NCBI GenBank assembly: GCA_965644495.1
Contig: CBFFSA010000035.1
Span: forward strand, 1 to 64,000
Origin: Perkinsela sp. CCAP 1560/9
Taxonomy: Eukaryota; Protista; Euglenozoa: Kinetoplastea
Direction: 5' to 3'
Length of the DNA stretch: 64,000 nt
In this document: one piece after another, positions 32,801 to 46,970 of the stretch
Layout: every line of letters begins with the position of its first letter
Position numbering within the stretch: the first letter of the stretch is position 1
The notes under the pieces: model-generated
What the model was told of the DNA's origin: nothing
What the model saw: only the letters and a program-made list of their open reading frames with translations
Database searches by the model: none
Program-made: the position numbers and the translations under genes

Positions 32801-35800
32801 ACCCTTTCTTTTGTTAAGACCCTTTCTTTTGTTAAGACCCTTTCTTTTGTTAAAACCCTTTCTTTTGTTAAGCCCCTTTCTTTTGTTAAGCCCCTTTCTT
32901 TTGTTAAGACCCTTTCTTTTGTTAAGACCCTTTCTTTTGTTAAGACCCTTTCTTTTGTTAAGACCCTTTCTTTTGTTAAGCCCCTTTCTTTTGTTAAGAC
33001 CCTTTCTTTTGTTAAGACCCTTTCTTTTGTTAAGACCCTTTCTTTTGTTAAGACCCTTTCTTTTGTTAAGACCCTTTCTTTTATTAAGACCCTTTCTTTT
33101 GTTAAGACCCTTTCTTTTGTTAAGCCCCTTTCTTTTGTTAAGCCCCTTTCTTTTGTTAAGACCCTTTCTTTTGTTAAGCCCCTTTCTTTTGTTAAGCCCC
33201 TTTCTTTTGTTAAGACCCTTTCTTTTGTTAAGACCCTTTCTTTTGTTAAGACCCTTTCTTTTGTTAAGCCCCTTTCTTTTGTTAAGACCCTTTCTTTTGT
33301 TAAGACCCTTTCTTTTGTTAAGACCCTTTCTTTTGTTAAGACCCTTTCTTTTGTTAAGACCCTTTCTTTTGTTAAGCCCCTTTCTTTTGTTAAGACCCTT
33401 TCTTTTGTTAAGACCCTTTCTTTTGTTAAGCCCCTTTCTTTTGTTAAGACCCTTTCTTTTGTTAAGACCCTTTCTTTTGTTAAGACCCTTTCTTTTGTTA
33501 AAACCCTTTCTTTTGTTAAGCCCCTTTCTTTTGTTAAGCCCCTTTCTTTTGTTAAGACCCTTTCTTTTGTTAAGCCCCTTTCTTTTGTTAAGACCCTTTC
33601 TTTTGTTAAGACCCTTTCTTTTGTTAAGACCCTTTCTTTTGTTAAGACCCTTTCTTTTGTTAAGCCCCTTTCTTTTGTTAAGACCCTTTCTTTTGTTAAG
33701 ACCCTTTCTTTTGTTAAGCCCCTTTCTTTTGTTAAGACCCTTTCTTTTGTTAAGCCCCTTTCTTTTGTTAAGACCCTTTCTTTTGTTAAGACCCTTTCTT
33801 TTGTTAAGACCCTTTCTTTTGTTAAGACCCTTTCTTTTGTTAAGACCCTTTCTTTTGTTAAAACCCTTTCTTTTGTTAAGCCCCTTTCTTTTGTTAAGAC
33901 CCTTTCTTTTGTTAAGACCCTTTCTTTTGTTAAAACCCTTTCTTTTGTTAAGCCCCTTTCTTTTGTTAAGACCCTTTCTTTTGTTAAGCCCCTTTCTTTT
34001 GTTAAGACCCTTTCTTTTGTTAAGACCCTTTCTTTTGTTAAGCCCCTTTCTTTTGTTAAGACCCTTTCTTTTGTTAAGACCCTTTCTTTTGTTAAGACCC
34101 TTTCTTTTGTTAAGCCCCTTTTTTTTGTTAAGACCCTTTCTTTTGTTAAGACCCTTTCTTTTGTTAAGACCCTTTCTTTTGTTAAGACCCTTTCTTTTGT
34201 TAAGACCCTTTCTTTTGTTAAGACCCTTTCTTTTGTTAAGACCCTTTCTTTTGCTAAGACCCTTCCTTTTGTTAAGACCCTTTCTTTTGTTAAGACCCTT
34301 TCTTTTGTTAAGACCCTTTCTTTTGTTAAGACCCTTTCTTTTGTTAAGACCCTTTCTTTTGCTAAGACCCTTCCTTTTGTTAAGACCCTTTCTTTTGTTA
34401 AGACCCTTTCTTTTGTTAAGACCCTTTCTTTTGTTAAGACCCTTTCTTTTGTTAAGACCCTTTCTTTTGTTAAGACCCTTTCTTTTGTTAAGACCCTTTC
34501 TTTTGTTAAGACCCTTTCTTTTGTTAAGACCCTTTCTTTTGTTAAGACCCTTTCTTTTGTTAAGACCCTTTCTTTTGTTAAGACCCTTTCTTTTGTTAAG
34601 ACCCTTTCTTTTATTAAGATCCTTTCTTTTGTTAAGACCCTTTCTTTTGTTAAGCCCCTTTCTTTTGTTAAGCCCCTTTCTTTTGTTAAGCCCCTTTCTT
34701 TTGTTAAGACCCTTTCTTTTGTTAAGCCCCTTTCTTTTGTTAAGACCTTTTCTTTTGTTAAGACCCTTTCTTTTGTTAAGACCCTTTCTTTTGTTAAGAC
34801 ACTTTCTTTTGTTAAGACCCTTTCTTTTGTTAAGACCCTTTCTTTTGTTAAAACCCTTTCTTTTGTTAAGCCCCTTTCTTTTGTTAAGCCCCTTTCTTTT
34901 GTTAAGACCCTTTCTTTTGTTAAGCCCCTTTCTTTTGTTAAGACCCTTTCTTTTGTTAAGACCCTTTCTTTTGTTAAGACCCTTTCTTTTGTTAAGACCC
35001 TTTCTTTTGTTAAGACCCTTTCTTTTGTTAAGCCCCTTTCTTTTGTTAAGACCCTTTCTTTTGTTAAGCCCCTTTCTTTTGTTAAGACCCTTTCTTTTGT
35101 TAAGACCCTTTCTTTTGTTAAGACCCTTTCTTTTGTTAAGACCCTTTCTTTTGTTAAGACCCTTTCTTTTGTTAAGACCCTTTCTTTTGTTAAAACCCTT
35201 TCTTTTGTTAAGCCCCTTTCTTTTGTTAAGACCCTTTCTTTTGTTAAGCCCCTTTCTTTTGTTAAGACCCTTTCTTTTGTTAAGACCCTTTCTTTTGTTA
35301 AGACCCTTTCTTTTGTTAAGACCCTTTCTTTTGTTAAAACCCTTTCTTTTGTTAAGACCCTTTCTTTTGTTAAGCCCCTTTCTTTTGTTAAGACCCTTTC
35401 TTTTGTTAAGACCCTTTCTTTTGTTAAGACCCTTTCTTTTGTTAAGCCCCTTTTTTTTGTTAAGACCCTTTCTTTTGTTAAGACCCTTTCTTTTGTTAAG
35501 ACCCTTTCTTTTGTTAAGACCCTTTCTTTTGTTAAGACCCTTTCTTTTGTTAAGACCCTTTCTTTTGCTAAGACCCTTCCTTTTGTTAAGACCCTTTCTT
35601 TTGTTAAGACCCTTTCTTTTGTTAAGACCCTTTCTTTTGTTAAGACCCTTTCTTTTGTTAAGACCCTTTCTTTTGTTAAGACCCTTTCTTTTGTTAAGAC
35701 CCTTTCTTTTGTTAAGACCCTTTCTTTTGTTAAGACCCTTTCTTTTGTTAAGACCCTTTCTTTTGTTAAGACCCTTTCTTTTGTTAAGACCCTTTCTTTT

Positions 35801-38800
35801 GTTAAGACCCTTTCTTTTGTTAAGACCCTTTCTTTTATTAAGACCCTTTCTTTTGTTAAGACCCTTTCTTTTGTTAAGCCCCTTTCTTTTGTTAAGCCCC
35901 TTTCTTTTGTTAAGCCCCTTTCTTTTGTTAAGACCCTTTCTTTTGTTAAGCCCCTTTCTTTTGTTAAGACCCTTTCTTTTGTTAAGACCCTTTCTTTTGT
36001 TAAGACCTTTTCTTTTGTTAAGACCCTTTCTTTTGTTAAGCCCCTTTCTTTTGTTAAGACCCTTTCTTTTGTTAAGACCCTTTCTTTTGTTAAGACCCTT
36101 TCTTTTGTTAAGACCCTTTCTTTTGTTAAGACCCTTTCTTTTGTTAAGACCCTTTCTTTTGTTAAAACCCTTTCTTTTGTTAAGCCCCTTTCTTTTGTTA
36201 AGACCCTTTCTTTTGTTAAAACCCTTTCTTTTGTTAAGCCCCTTTCTTTTGTTAAGCCCCTTTCTTTTGTTAAGACCCTTTCTTTTGTTAAGACCCTTTC
36301 TTTTGTTAAGCCCCTTTCTTTTGTTAAGACCCTTTCTTTTGTTAAGAACCTTTCTTTTGTTAAGACCCTTTCTTTTGTTAAGACCCTTTCTTTTGTTAAG
36401 ACCCTTTCTTTTGTTAAGACCCTTTCTTTTGTTAAGACCTTTTCTTTTGTTAAGACCCTTTCTTTTGTTAAGACCCTTTCTTTTGTTAAGCCCCTTTCTT
36501 TTGTTAAGACCCTTTCTTTTGTTAAGCCCCTTTCTTTTGTTAAGCCCCTTTCTTTTGTTAAGACCCTTTCTTTTGTTAAGCCCCTTTCTTTTGTTAAGAC
36601 CCTTTCTTTTGTTAAGACACTTTCTTTTGTTAAGACCCTTTCTTTTGTTAAGCCCCTTTCTTTTGTTAAGACCCTTTCTTTTGTTAAGACCCTTTCTTTT
36701 GTTAAGACCCTTTCTTTTGTTAAGACCCTTTCTTTTGTTAAGACCCTTTCTTTTGTTAAGACCCTTTCTTTTGTTAAAACCCTTTCTTTTGTTAAGCCCC
36801 TTTCTTTTGTTAAGCCCCTTTCTTTTGTTAAGACCCTTTCTTTTGTTAAGACCCTTTCTTTTGTTAAGACCCTTTCTTTTGTTAAGACCCTTTCTTTTGT
36901 TAAGCCCCTTTCTTTTGTTAAGACCCTTTCTTTTGTTAAGACCCTTTCTTTTGTTAAGACCCTTTCTTTTGTTAAGCCCCTTTCTTTTGTTAAGACCCTT
37001 TCTTTTGTTAAGACCCTTTCTTTTGTTAAGACCCTTTCTTTTGTTAAGACCCTTTCTTTTGTTAAGACCCTTTCTTTTGTTAAGCCCCTTTCTTTTGTTA
37101 AGACCCTTTCTTTTGTTAAGACCCTTTCTTTTGTTAAGACCCTTTCTTTTGTTAAGACCCTTTCTTTTGTTAAGACCCTTTCTTTTGTTAAGACCCTTTC
37201 TTTTGTTAAAACCCTTTCTTTTGTTAAGCCCCTTTCTTTTGTTAAGCCCCTTTCTTTTGTTAAGACCCTTTCTTTTGTTAAGCCCCTTTCTTTTGTTAAG
37301 ACCCTTTCTTTTGTTAAGACCCTTTCTTTTGTTAAGACCCTTTCTTTTGTTAAGCCCCTTTCTTTTGTTAAGACCCTTTCTTTTGTTAAGACCCTTTCTT
37401 TTGTTAAGCCCCTTTCTTTTGTTAAGACCCTTTCTTTTGTTAAGCCCCTTTCTTTTGTCAAGACCCTTTCTTTTGTTAAGACCCTTTCTTTTGTTAAGAC
37501 CCTTTCTTTTGTTAAGACCCTTTCTTTTGTTAAGACCCTTTCTTTTGTTAAAACCCTTTCTTTTGTTAAGCCCCTTTCTTTTGTTAAGACCCTTTCTTTT
37601 GTTAAGACCCTTTCTTTTGTTAAAACCCTTTCTTTTGTTAAGCCCCTTTCTTTTGTTAAGACCCTTTCTTTTGTTAAGCCCCTTTCTTTTGTTAAGACCC
37701 TTTCTTTTGTTAAGACCCTTTCTTTTGTTAAGCCCCTTTCTTTTGTTAAGACCCTTTCTTTTGTTAAGACCCTTTCTTTTGTTAAGACCCTTTCTTTTGT
37801 TAAGCCCCTTTTTTTTGTTAAGACCCTTTCTTTTGTTAAGACCCTTTCTTTTGTTAAGACCCTTTCTTTTGTTAAGACCCTTTCTTTTGTTAAGACCCTT
37901 TCTTTTGTTAAGACCCTTTCTTTTGTTAAGACCCTTTCTTTTGTTAAGACCCTTTCTTTTGCTAACACCCTTCCTTTTGTTAAGACCCTTTCTTTTGTTA
38001 AGACCCTTTCTTTTGTTAAGACCCTTTCTTTTGTTAAGACCCTTTCTTTTGTTAAGACCCTTTCTTTTGTTAAGACCCTTTCTTTTGTTAAGACCCTTTC
38101 TTTTGTTAAGACCCTTTCTTTTGTTAAGACCCTTTCTTTTGTTAAGACCCTTTCTTTTGTTAAGACCCTTTCTTTTGTTAAGACCCTTTCTTTTATTAAG
38201 ATCCTTTCTTTTGTTAAGACCCTTTCTTTTGTTAAGCCCCTTTCTTTTGTTAAGCCCCTTTCTTTTGTTAAGCCCCTTTCTTTTGTTAAGACCCTTTCTT
38301 TTGTTAAGCCCCTTTCTTTTGTTAAGACCCTTTCTTTTGTTAAGACCCTTTCTTTTGTTAAGACCTTTTCTTTTGTTAAGACCCTTTCTTTTGTTAAGCC
38401 CCTTTCTTTTGTTAAGACCCTTTCTTTTGTTAAGACCCTTTCTTTTGTTAAGACCCTTTCTTTTGTTAAGACCCTTTCTTTTGTTAAAACCCTTTCTTTT
38501 GTTAAGCCCCTTTCTTTTGTTAAGACCCTTTCTTTTGTTAAAACCCTTTCTTTTGTTAAGACCCTTTCTTTTGTTAAGACCCTTTCTTTTGTTAAGCCCC
38601 TTTCTTTTGTTAAGACCCTTTCTTTTGTTAAGACCCTTTCTTTTGTTAAGCCCCTTTCTTTTGTTAAGCCCCTTTCTTTTGTTAAGACCCTTTCTTTTGT
38701 TAAGACCCTTTCTTTTGTTAAGCCCCTTTCTTTTGTTAAGACCTTTTCTTTTGTTAAGCCCCTTTTTTTTGTTAAGACCCTTTCTTTTGTTAAGACCCTT

Positions 38801-41800
38801 TCTTTTGTTAAGACCCTTTCTTTTGTTAAGACCCTTTCTTTTGTTAAGACCCTTTCTTTTGTTAAAACCCTTTCTTTTGTTAAGCCCCTTTCTTTTGTTA
38901 AGACCCTTTCTTTTGTTAAGACCCTTTCTTTTGTTAAGACCCTTTCTTTTGTTAAGCCCCTTTCTTTTGTTAAGACCCTTTCTTTTGTTAAGACCCTTTC
39001 TTTTGTTAAGACCCTTTCTTTTGTTAAGACCCTTTCTTTTGTTAAAACCCTTTCTTTTGTTAAGCCCCTTTCTTTTGTTAAGCCCCTTTCTTTTGTTAAG
39101 ACCCTTTCTTTTGTTAAGATCCTTTCTTTTGTTAAGACCCTTTCTTTTGTTAAGACCCTTTCTTTTGTTAAGACCCTTTCTTTTGTTAAGACCCTTTCTT
39201 TTGTTAAGACCCTTTCTTTTGTTAAGCCCCTTTCTTTTGTTAAGACCCTTTCTTTTGTTAAGACCCTTTCTTTTGTTAAGACCCTTTCTTTTGTTAAGCC
39301 CCTTTTTTTTGTTAAGACCCTTTCTTTTGTTAAGACCCTTTCTTTTGTTAAGACCCTTTCTTTTGTTAAGACCCTTTCTTTTGTTAAGCCCCTTTCTTTT
39401 GTTAAGACCCTTTCTTTTGTTAAGACCCTTTCTTTTGTTAAGACCCTTTCTTTTGTTAAGCCCCTTTTTTTTGTTAAGACCCTTTCTTTTGTTAAGACCC
39501 TTTCTTTTGTTAAGACCCTTTCTTTTGTTAAGACCCTTTCTTTTGTTAAGACCCTTTCTTTTGTTAAGACCCTTTCTTTTGTTAAGACCCTTTCTTTTGC
39601 TAAGACCCTTCCTTTTGTTAAGACCCTTTCTTTTGTTAAGACCCTTTCTTTTGTTAAGACCCTTTCTTTTGTTAAGACCCTTTCTTTTGTTAAGACCCTT
39701 TCTTTTGTTAAGACCCTTTCTTTTATTAAGACCCTTTCTTTTGTTAAGACCCTTTCTTTTGTTAAGCCCCTTTCTTTTGTTAAGCCCCTTTCTTTTGTTA
39801 AGACCCTTTCTTTTGTTAAGCCCCTTTCTTTTGTTAAGACCCTTTCTTTTGTTAAGACCCTTTCTTTTGTTAAGACCCTTTCTTTTGTTAAGACCCTTTC
39901 TTTTGTTAAGCCCCTTTCTTTTGTTAAGACCCTTTCTTTTGTTAAGACCCTTTCTTTTGTTAAGACCCTTTCTTTTGTTAAGACCCTTTCTTTTGTTAAG
40001 ACCCTTTCTTTTGTTAAGCCCCTTTCTTTTGTTAAGACCCTTTCTTTTGTTAAGACCCTTTCTTTTGTTAAGACCCTTTCTTTTGTTAAGACACTTTCTT
40101 TTGTTAAGACCCTTTCTTTTGTTAAGACCCTTTCTTTTGTTAAAACCCTTTCTTTTGTTAAGCCCCTTTCTTTTGTTAAGCCCCTTTCTTTTGTTAAGAC
40201 CCTTTCTTTTGTTAAGCCCCTTTCTTTTGTTAAGACCCTTTCTTTTGTTAAGCCCCTTTCTTTTGTTAAGACCCTTTCTTTTGTTAAGACCCTTTCTTTT
40301 GTTAAGCCCCTTTCTTTTGTTAAGACCCTTTCTTTTGTTAAGACCCTTTCTTTTGTTAAGCCCCTTTCTTTTGTTAAGACCCTTTCTTTTGTTAAGCCCC
40401 TTTCTTTTGTTAAGACCCTTTCTTTTGTTAAGACCCTTTCTTTTGTTAAGACTCTTTCTTTTGTTAAGACCCTTTCTTTTGTTAAGACCCTTTCTTTTGT
40501 TAAAACCCTTTCTTTTGTTAAGCCCCTTTCTTTTGTTAAGACCCTTTCTTTTGTTAAGCCCCTTTCTTTTGTTAAGACCCTTTCTTTTGTTAAGACCCTT
40601 TCTTTTGTTAAGACCCTTTCTTTTGTTAAGACCCTTTCTTTTGTTAAAACCCTTTCTTTTGTTAAGACCCTTTCTTTTGTTAAGCCCCTTTCTTTTGTTA
40701 AGACCCTTTCTTTTGTTAAGACCCTTTCTTTTGTTAAGACCCTTTCTTTTGTTAAGCCCCTTTTTTTTGTTAAGACCCTTTCTTTTGTTAAGACCCTTTC
40801 TTTTGTTAAGACCCTTTCTTTTGTTAAGACCCTTTCTTTTGCTAAGACCCTTCCTTTTGTTAAGACCCTTTCTTTTGTTAAGACCCTTTCTTTTGTTAAG
40901 ACCCTTTCTTTTGTTAAGACCCTTTCTTTTGTTAAGCCCCTTTCTTTTGTTAAGCCCCTTTCTTTTGTTAAGACCCTTTCTTTTGTTAAGACCCTTTCTT
41001 TTGTTAAGACCCTTTCTTTTGTTAAGACCTTTTCTTTTGTTAAGACCCTTTCTTTTGTTAAGCCCCTTTCTTTTGTTAAGACCCTTTCTTTTGTTAAGAC
41101 CCTTTCTTTTGTTAAGACCCTTTCTTTTGTTAAGACCCTTTCTTTTGTTAAGACCCTTTCTTTTGTTAAGACCCTTTCTTTTGTTAAAACCCTTTCTTTT
41201 GTTAAGCCCCTTTCTTTTGTTAAGACCCTTTCTTTTGTTAAAACCCTTTCTTTTGTTAAGCCCCTTTCTTTTGTTAAGCCCCTTTCTTTTGTTAAGACCC
41301 TTTCTTTTGTTAAGACCCTTTCTTTTGTTAAGCCCCTTTCTTTTGTTAAGACCCTTTCTTTTGTTAAGAACCTTTCTTTTGTTAAGACCCTTTCTTTTGT
41401 TAAGACCCTTTCTTTTGTTAAGACCCTTTCTTTTGTTAAGACCCTTTCTTTTGTTAAGACCTTTTCTTTTGTTAAGACCCTTTCTTTTGTTAAGACCCTT
41501 TCTTTTGTTAAGCCCCTTTCTTTTGTTAAGACCCTTTCTTTTGTTAAGCCCCTTTCTTTTGTTAAGCCCCTTTCTTTTGTTAAGACCCTTTCTTTTGTTA
41601 AGCCCCTTTCTTTTGTTAAGACCCTTTCTTTTGTTAAGACCCTTTCTTTTGTTAAGACCCTTTCTTTTGTTAAGCCCCTTTCTTTTGTTAAGACCCTTTC
41701 TTTTGTTAAGACCCTTTCTTTTGTTAAGACCCTTTCTTTTGTTAAGACCCTTTCTTTTGTTAAGACCCTTTCTTTTGTTAAGACCCTTTCTTTTGTTAAA

Positions 41801-44800
41801 ACCCTTTCTTTTGTTAAGCCCCTTTCTTTTGTTAAGCCCCTTTCTTTTGTTAAGACCCTTTCTTTTGTTAAGACCCTTTCTTTTGTTAAGACCCTTTCTT
41901 TTGTTAAGCCCCTTTCTTTTGTTAAGACCCTTTCTTTTGTTAAGACCCTTTCTTTTGTTAAGACCCTTTCTTTTGTTAAGACCCTTTCTTTTGTTAAGAC
42001 CCTTTCTTTTATAAAGACCCTTTCTTTTGTTAAGACCCTTTCTTTTGTTAAGCCCCTTTCTTTTGTTAAGCCCCTTTCTTTTGTTAAGACCCTTTCTTTT
42101 GTTAAGCCCCTTTCTTTTGTTAAGCCCCTTTCTTTTGTTAAGACCCTTTCTTTTGTTAAGACCCTTTCTTTTGTTAAGACCCTTTCTTTTGTTAAGACCC
42201 TTTCTTTTGTTAAGCCCCTTTCTTTTGTTAAGACCCTTTCTTTTGTTAAGACCCTTTCTTTTGTTAAGACCCTTTCTTTTGTTAAGACCCTTTCTTTTGT
42301 TAAGACCCTTTCTTTTGTTAAGCCCCTTTCTTTTGTTAAGACCCTTTCTTTTGTTAAGACCCTTTCTTTTGTTAAGACCCTTTCTTTTGTTAAGACCCTT
42401 TCTTTTGTTAAGACCCTTTCTTTTGTTAAGACCCTTTCTTTTGTTAAAACCCTTTCTTTTGTTAAGCCCCTTTCTTTTGTTAAGCCCCTTTCTTTTGTTA
42501 AGACCCTTTCTTTTGTTAAGCCCCTTTCTTTTGTTAAGACCCTTTCTTTTGTTAAGACCCTTTCTTTTGTTAAGACCCTTTCTTTTGTTAAGCCCCTTTC
42601 TTTTGTTAAGACCCTTTCTTTTGTTAAGACCCTTTCTTTTGTTAAGCCCCTTTCTTTTGTTAAGACCCTTTCTTTTGTTAAGCCCCTTTCTTTTGTTAAG
42701 ACCCTTTCTTTTGTTAAGACCCTTTCTTTTGTTAAGACCCTTTCTTTTGTTAAGACCCTTTCTTTTGTTAAGACCCTTTCTTTTGTTAAAACCCTTTCTT
42801 TTGTTAAGCCCCTTTCTTTTGTTAAGACCCTTTCTTTTGTTATGACCCTTTCTTTTGTTAAAACCCTTTCTTTTGTTAAGCCCCTTTCTTTTGTTAAGAC
42901 CCTTTCTTTTGCTAAGACCCTTCCTTTTGTTAAGACCCTTTCTTTTGTTAAGACCCTTTCTTTTGTTAAGACCCTTTCTTTTGTTAAGACCCTTTCTTTT
43001 GTTAAGACCCTTTCTTTTGTTAAGACCCTTTCTTTTGTTAAGACCCTTTCTTTTGTTAAGACCCTTTCTTTTGTTAAGACCCTTTCTTTTGTTAAGACCC
43101 TTTCTTTTGTTAAGACCCTTTCTTTTGTTAAGACCCTTTCTTTTGTTAAGACCCTTTCTTTTGTTAAGACCCTTTCTTTTGTTAAGACCCTTTCTTTTGT
43201 TAAGACCCTTTCTTTTATTAAGATCCTTTCTTTTGTTAAGACCCTTTCTTTTGTTAAGCCCCTTTCTTTTGTTAAGCCCCTTTCTTTTGTTAAGCCCCTT
43301 TCTTTTGTTAAGACCCTTTCTTTTGTTAAGCCCCTTTCTTTTGTTAAGACCCTTTCTTTTGTTAAGACCCTTTCTTTTGTTAAGACCTTTTCTTTTGTTA
43401 AGACCCTTTCTTTTGTTAAGCCCCTTTCTTTTGTTAAGACCCTTTCTTTTGTTAAGACCCTTTCTTTTGTTAAGACCCTTTCTTTTGTTAAGACCCTTTC
43501 TTTTGTTAAGACCCTTTCTTTTGTTAAAACCCTTTCTTTTGTTAAGCCCCTTTCTTTTGTTAAGACCCTTTCTTTTGTTAAAACCCTTTCTTTTGTTAAG
43601 ACCCTTTCTTTTGTTAAGCCCCTTTCTTTTGTTAAGACCCTTTCTTTTGTTAAGACCCTTTCTTTTGTTAAGCCCCTTTCTTTTGTTAAGCCCCTTTCTT
43701 TTGTTAAGACCCTTTCTTTTGTTAAGACCCTTTCTTTTGTTAAGCCCCTTTCTTTTGTTAAGACCTTTTCTTTTGTTAAGCCCCTTTTTTTTGTTAAGAC
43801 CCTTTCTTTTGTTAAGACCCTTTCTTTTGTTAAGACCCTTTCTTTTGTTAAGACCCTTTCTTTTGTTAAGACCCTTTCTTTTGTTAAAACCCTTTCTTTT
43901 GTTAAGCCCCTTTCTTTTGTTAAGACCCTTTCTTTTGTTAAGACCCTTTCTTTTGTTAAGACCCTTTCTTTTGTTAAGCCCCTTTCTTTTGTTAAGACCC
44001 TTTCTTTTGTTAAGACCCTTTCTTTTGTTAAGACCCTTTCTTTTGTTAAGACCCTTTCTTTTGTTAAAACCCTTTCTTTTGTTAAGCCCCTTTCTTTTGT
44101 TAAGCCCCTTTCTTTTGTTAAGACCCTTTCTTTTGTTAAGACCCTTTCTTTTGTTAAGACCCTTTCTTTTGTTAAGACCCTTTCTTTTGTTAAGACCCTT
44201 TCTTTTGTTAAGACCCTTTCTTTTGTTAAGACCCTTTCTTTTGTTAAGCCCCTTTCTTTTGTTAAGACCCTTTCTTTTGTTAAGACCCTTTCTTTTGTTA
44301 AGACCCTTTCTTTTGTTAAGCCCCTTTTTTTTGTTAAGACCCTTTCTTTTGTTAAGACCCTTTCTTTTGTTAAGACCCTTTCTTTTGTTAAGACCCTTTC
44401 TTTTGTTAAGCCCCTTTCTTTTGTTAAGACCCTTTCTTTTGTTAAGACCCTTTCTTTTGTTAAGACCCTTTCTTTTGTTAAGCCCCTTTTTTTTGTTAAG
44501 ACCCTTTCTTTTGTTAAGACCCTTTCTTTTGTTAAGACCCTTTCTTTTGTTAAGACCCTTTCTTTTGTTAAGACCCTTTCTTTTGTTAAGACCCTTTCTT
44601 TTGTTAAGACCCTTTCTTTTGCTAAGACCCTTCCTTTTGTTAAGACCCTTTCTTTTGTTAAGACCCTTTCTTTTGTTAAGACCCTTTCTTTTGTTAAGAC
44701 CCTTTCTTTTGTTAAGACCCTTTCTTTTGCTAAGACCCTTCCTTTTGTTAAGCCCCTTTTTTTTGTTAAGACCCTTTCTTTTGTTAAGACCCTTTCTTTT

Positions 44801-46401
44801 GTTAAGACCCTTTCTTTTGTTAAGACCCTTTCTTTTGTTAAGACCCTTTCTTTTGCTAAGACCCTTCCTTTTGTTAAGACCCTTTCTTTTGTTAAGACCC
44901 TTTCTTTTGTTAAGACCCTTTCTTTTGTTAAGACCCTTTCTTTTGTTAAGCCCCTTTCTTTTGTTAAGCCCCTTTCTTTTGTTAAGACCCTTTCTTTTGT
45001 TAAGACCCTTTCTTTTGTTAAGACCCTTTCTTTTGTTAAGACCTTTTCTTTTGTTAAGACCCTTTCTTTTGTTAAGCCCCTTTCTTTTGTTAAGACCCTT
45101 TCTTTTGTTAAGACCCTTTCTTTTGTTAAGACCCTTTCTTTTGTTAAGACCCTTTCTTTTGTTAAGACCCTTTCTTTTGTTAAGACCCTTTCTTTTGTTA
45201 AGACCCTTTCTTTTGTTAAAACCCTTTCTTTTGTTAAGCCCCTTTCTTTTGTTAAGACCCTTTCTTTTGTTAAAACCCTTTCTTTTGTTAAGCCCCTTTC
45301 TTTTGTTAAGCCCCTTTCTTTTGTTAAGACCCTTTCTTTTGTTAAGACCCTTTCTTTTGTTAAGCCCCTTTCTTTTGTTAAGACCCTTTCTTTTGTTAAG
45401 AACCTTTCTTTTGTTAAGACCCTTTCTTTTGTTAAGACCCTTTCTTTTGTTAAGCCCCTTTCTTTTGTTAAGCCCCTTTCTTTTGTTAAGACCCTTTCTT
45501 TTGTTAAGACCCTTTCTTTTGTTAAGCCCCTTTCTTTTGTTAAGACCTTTTCTTTTGTTAAGCCCCTTTTTTTTGTTAAGACCCTTTCTTTTGTTAAGAC
45601 CCTTTCTTTTGTTAAGACCCTTTCTTTTGTTAAGACCCTTTCTTTTGTTAAGACCCTTTCTTTTGTTAAAACCCTTTCTTTTGTTAAGCCCCTTTCTTTT
45701 GTTAAGACCCTTTCTTTTGTTAAGACCCTTTCTTTTGTTAAGACCCTTTCTTTTGTTAAGCCCCTTTCTTTTGTTAAGACCATTTCTTTTGTTAAGACCC
45801 TTTCTTTTGTTAAGACCCTTTCTTTTGTTAAGACCCTTTCTTTTGTTAAAACCCTTTCTTTTGTTAAGCCCCTTTCTTTTGTTAAGCCCCTTTCTTTTGT
45901 TAAGACCCTTTCTTTTGTTAAGACCCTTTCTTTTGTTAAGACCCTTTCTTTTGTTAAGACCCTTTCTTTTGTTAAGACCCTTTCTTTTGTTAAGACCCTT
46001 TCTTTTGTTAAGACCCTTTCTTTTGTTAAGCCCCTTTCTTTTGTTAAGACCCTTTCTTTTGTTAAGACCCTTTCTTTTGTTAAGACCCTTTCTTTTGTTA
46101 AGCCCCTTTTTTTTGTTAAGACCCTTTCTTTTGTTAAGACCCTTTCTTTTGTTAAGACCCTTTCTTTTGTTAAGACCCTTTCTTTTGTTAAGCCCCTTTC
46201 TTTTGTTAAGACCCTTTCTTTTGTTAAGACCCTTTCTTTTGTTAAGACCCTTTCTTTTGTTAAGCCCCTTTTTTTTGTTAAGACCCTTTCTTTTGTTAAG
46301 ACCCTTTCTTTTGTTAAGACCCTTTCTTTTGTTAAGACCCTTTCTTTTGTTAAGACCCTTTCTTTTGTTAAGACCCTTTCTTTTGTTAAGACCCTTTCTT
46401 T
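29837..46401 (+). repeat. 18-bp satellite array 1, ~920 units
   Basis: (TTTTGTTAAG[A/C]CCCTTTC)n with substitutions only. Uninterrupted reading frames show no indels. Confidence 0.99.
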
Positions 46402-46635
46402 GGCTCCACGGGCACTTCCGTGAGTTTTTGAGACACTTCGATGATTTCTCACCGAAGTGCCTACGTGTCACAGGGTGACTCATCGAAACGTCAATCTTCT
46501 CATCGGAGGTGATTTTAATTGCTTTGGAAAGAAAAAAATCGAGAACATGAAAATAAGAAAGCGGCGACACTGAGAATCTGTGTCTGCCACTTCCGCAGGT
46601 TTGTGTATTTGTTTTCCTATACTACGACACCTAGT

Positions 46636-46908
46636 TTACGTGTCTGGAGGCAAGGCCCAACTTTGAGAGAAGCCCACTTCTGGAGGCAAAAGCCCCCGTT
46701 TGCGAGCAAGGCCCAACTGTGAGCGTAGCCCTGGGACATAATTATATTTTTTGGCGACCCGCGCGCTCCATGCGGAGGTGGTGGATATTAGCACGGCGGG
46801 CGGATGAGTTGGCATCACGGCCTTCTTTTTCCATCGGGCACGAGGGAGCGGCAAAATCTCAGGAGCTACTCCTGATTCTTTTGCTTTGGAGCGTGTGAAC
46901 ACTCCCAT
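46636..46908 (-). CDS. 90-aa basic hypothetical ORF, 23 nt downstream of an SL
   Basis: The ATG follows the SL and a short U-rich UTR. No motif recognised. Confidence 0.35.
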   Translation of the reverse strand: MGVFTRSKAKESGVAPEILPLPRARWKKKAVMPTHPPAVLISTTSAWSARVAKKYNYVPGLRSQLGLARKRGLLPPEVGFSQSWALPPDT

Positions 46909-46931
46909 GAAAGGTAAAAAAAGTAAATAAT

Positions 46932-46970
46932 CAACAAGGTACAGAAACTGTATCTTTATCGTTAAAGATT
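46932..46970 (-). other. Full-length 39-nt spliced-leader-like sequence
   Basis: The reverse complement reads AATCTTTAACGATAAAGATACAGTTTCTGTACCTTGTTG: 39 nt, AA start and TTG end, as in kinetoplastid SL exons. Confidence 0.85.

Noticed and set aside
46951-46968. Satellite unit derived from antisense SL (TCTTTATCGTTAAAGA vs TCTTTTGTTAAGA)
   Set aside because: The match is short, AT-rich and gapped, so it cannot be distinguished from chance.
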